Below are positions 62,958 through 64,000 of a stretch of 64,000 nucleotides of DNA, piece by piece; positions within the stretch are counted from its first letter, which is position 1; the number at the start of each line of letters is the position of its first letter. This DNA comes from Rhizodiscina lignyota (taxonomy: Eukaryota), in assembly GCA_010015805.1 (NCBI GenBank), contig ML978133.1, positions 62,001-126,000 on the forward strand, given 5' to 3'. A program made the translations under genes and the position numbers. Below the pieces are notes generated by a model, which was not told the DNA's origin, searched no databases, and was given only the letters and a program-made list of their open reading frames with translations.

Positions 62958-64000
62958 TCAAAGTCTCAACCCCTTCAAAATCTCCTGCGCCATATTCTTA
63001 TACACTATCACATTCCCCTCCATTTTCTTAAACTGAATCCCATGCAGACTCAACAACGGGACCTTGACAATGAAGATCTCAAACCTCAGCACCATGCTCT
63101 CTCCAATATCATTCTGCACATGGGTCATCGTCTCGCCCGCTGGCCTCGCTCTCGGCCCGCGTTCGCGCTCTGTAGGTGTCGGTGGCACCGGCTTGCTCGC
63201 AGGATCACGATCGCTCGCGTCTGATTCGTCGGTGTTGGTATAGCTCAAGTCGTGCGCGCCGTTCGACGGACCGCTGGTGCTACCACCATGACGATTACGC
63301 TGGGAGCGCGGGGTATGCGGCGTCATGGGTGTCGTAGGGCTCCTTACAGCGTCACGGAACTCATCGCGGTCCTTGTGTCCCACGCCGAACGAGATCTTCC
63401 GTCGGTGTCCATGCCCCAGTCCCGCGCTCTCCGGGCTGCGCGGACTCGCGATGTCAGAGAGCGGGCCTCTCTTCTCGTTCTCTTTGAGGTTGATGGAGGG
63501 CGCGTGGCGGCATGAGAAGCCCCCTTTGATCTCCCAGTACTCGACACCGAGTTGTCTCAGGACCCTAATGATCTCCGCGCGGATTTCGGGGAGCGGCCTG
63601 TTGCTCGTGGTGCTGACGCTGAATAGACCCTTCAAGTATACTGGCTTCATGCTGTCCATGCCGCGGATGTCATCTGTGTCGCGCCGTCTTCCCGTCTCGG
63701 CATGCTGTTCGGCGTCTGTTTCGGTTGTGGTGTGGGCGTGGCCGAGGTCAGTATCTTGATTGCGCGTGCCGTGACGCTGCAGACGGCGAGTTTGGATAGA
63801 CTCCCTTCTTGCGTGTCCTAAGCTCTTCGTCCGGCTTGCAGGAGCGCCGCTAGTGCGCTGCTTTGAGTTGACTTCATCACCAGTTGCATCGCCGGGTCCA
63901 GCACCCTGTACAGCAACGCTGCTTCCATCACTGCCGCTGGTAGGGGGAACTTCACTCTGCCCGCTTGTACTAGCTTCTGCAAGCGCGGCTGTCCCATCTG
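62958..64000 (-). CDS. KIN1: Kin1/MARK (PAR-1) family kinase, C-terminal KA1 region (5' part lies outside the window)
   Basis: ARTKSLGHARRES, KPVYLKGLFSVSTTS and KA1 domain LRFEIFIVKVPLLSLHGIQFKK...YKNMAQEIL..LRL. Confidence 0.9.
   Translation of the reverse strand, partial: DGTAALAEASTSGQSEVPPTSGSDGSSVAVQGAGPGDATGDEVNSKQRTSGAPASRTKSLGHARRESIQTRRLQRHGTRNQDTDLGHAHTTTETDAEQHAETGRRRDTDDIRGMDSMKPVYLKGLFSVSTTSNRPLPEIRAEIIRVLRQLGVEYWEIKGGFSCRHAPSINLKENEKRGPLSDIASPRSPESAGLGHGHRRKISFGVGHKDRDEFRDAVRSPTTPMTPHTPRSQRNRHGGSTSGPSNGAHDLSYTNTDESDASDRDPASKPVPPTPTERERGPRARPAGETMTHVQNDIGESMVLRFEIFIVKVPLLSLHGIQFKKMEGNVIVYKNMAQEILKGLRL

Overview
Gene-dense genomic DNA from a filamentous ascomycete (Pezizomycotina), judged from short GT-AG introns with CTRAC branch sites and typical fungal genes. 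Conserved genes: Cdc11/Nud1-like SIN scaffold (5'-partial), Sas10/Utp3, PPPDE/DeSI peptidase, OLA1/YchF, BCD1, a DENN-domain protein, mitochondrial uS11m, TIM44, threonine synthase and a Kin1 kinase 3' end. An intron-containing tRNA-Thr(AGT) is also present. Accessory-type genes lie between them: a SLOG-like ORF, three paralogous F-box-like genes, GH76, a histidine phosphatase, a luciferase-like (DUF5519) gene, a GNAT, a HET-NACHT-ankyrin NLR with near-identical repeats and an assembly gap, a broken Yen1-like nuclease, GT8, a GPI protein and a GMC oxidoreductase. Manual splicing recovers several elements the ORF track misses. These are a snR69-like C/D snoRNA in OLA1 intron 3, a divergent pair of tiny 6-Cys secreted proteins (49.6-51.0 kb), and a head-to-head pair at 42.2-46.5 kb. 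That last pair is a 5-exon beta-rich protein and a ~690-aa protein with a transglutaminase-like Cys-His-Asp triad, separated by a cluster of TGTCTCAG motifs; it is the best candidate for an undescribed system. All calls come from reading motifs and splice signals by eye; no database search was run.
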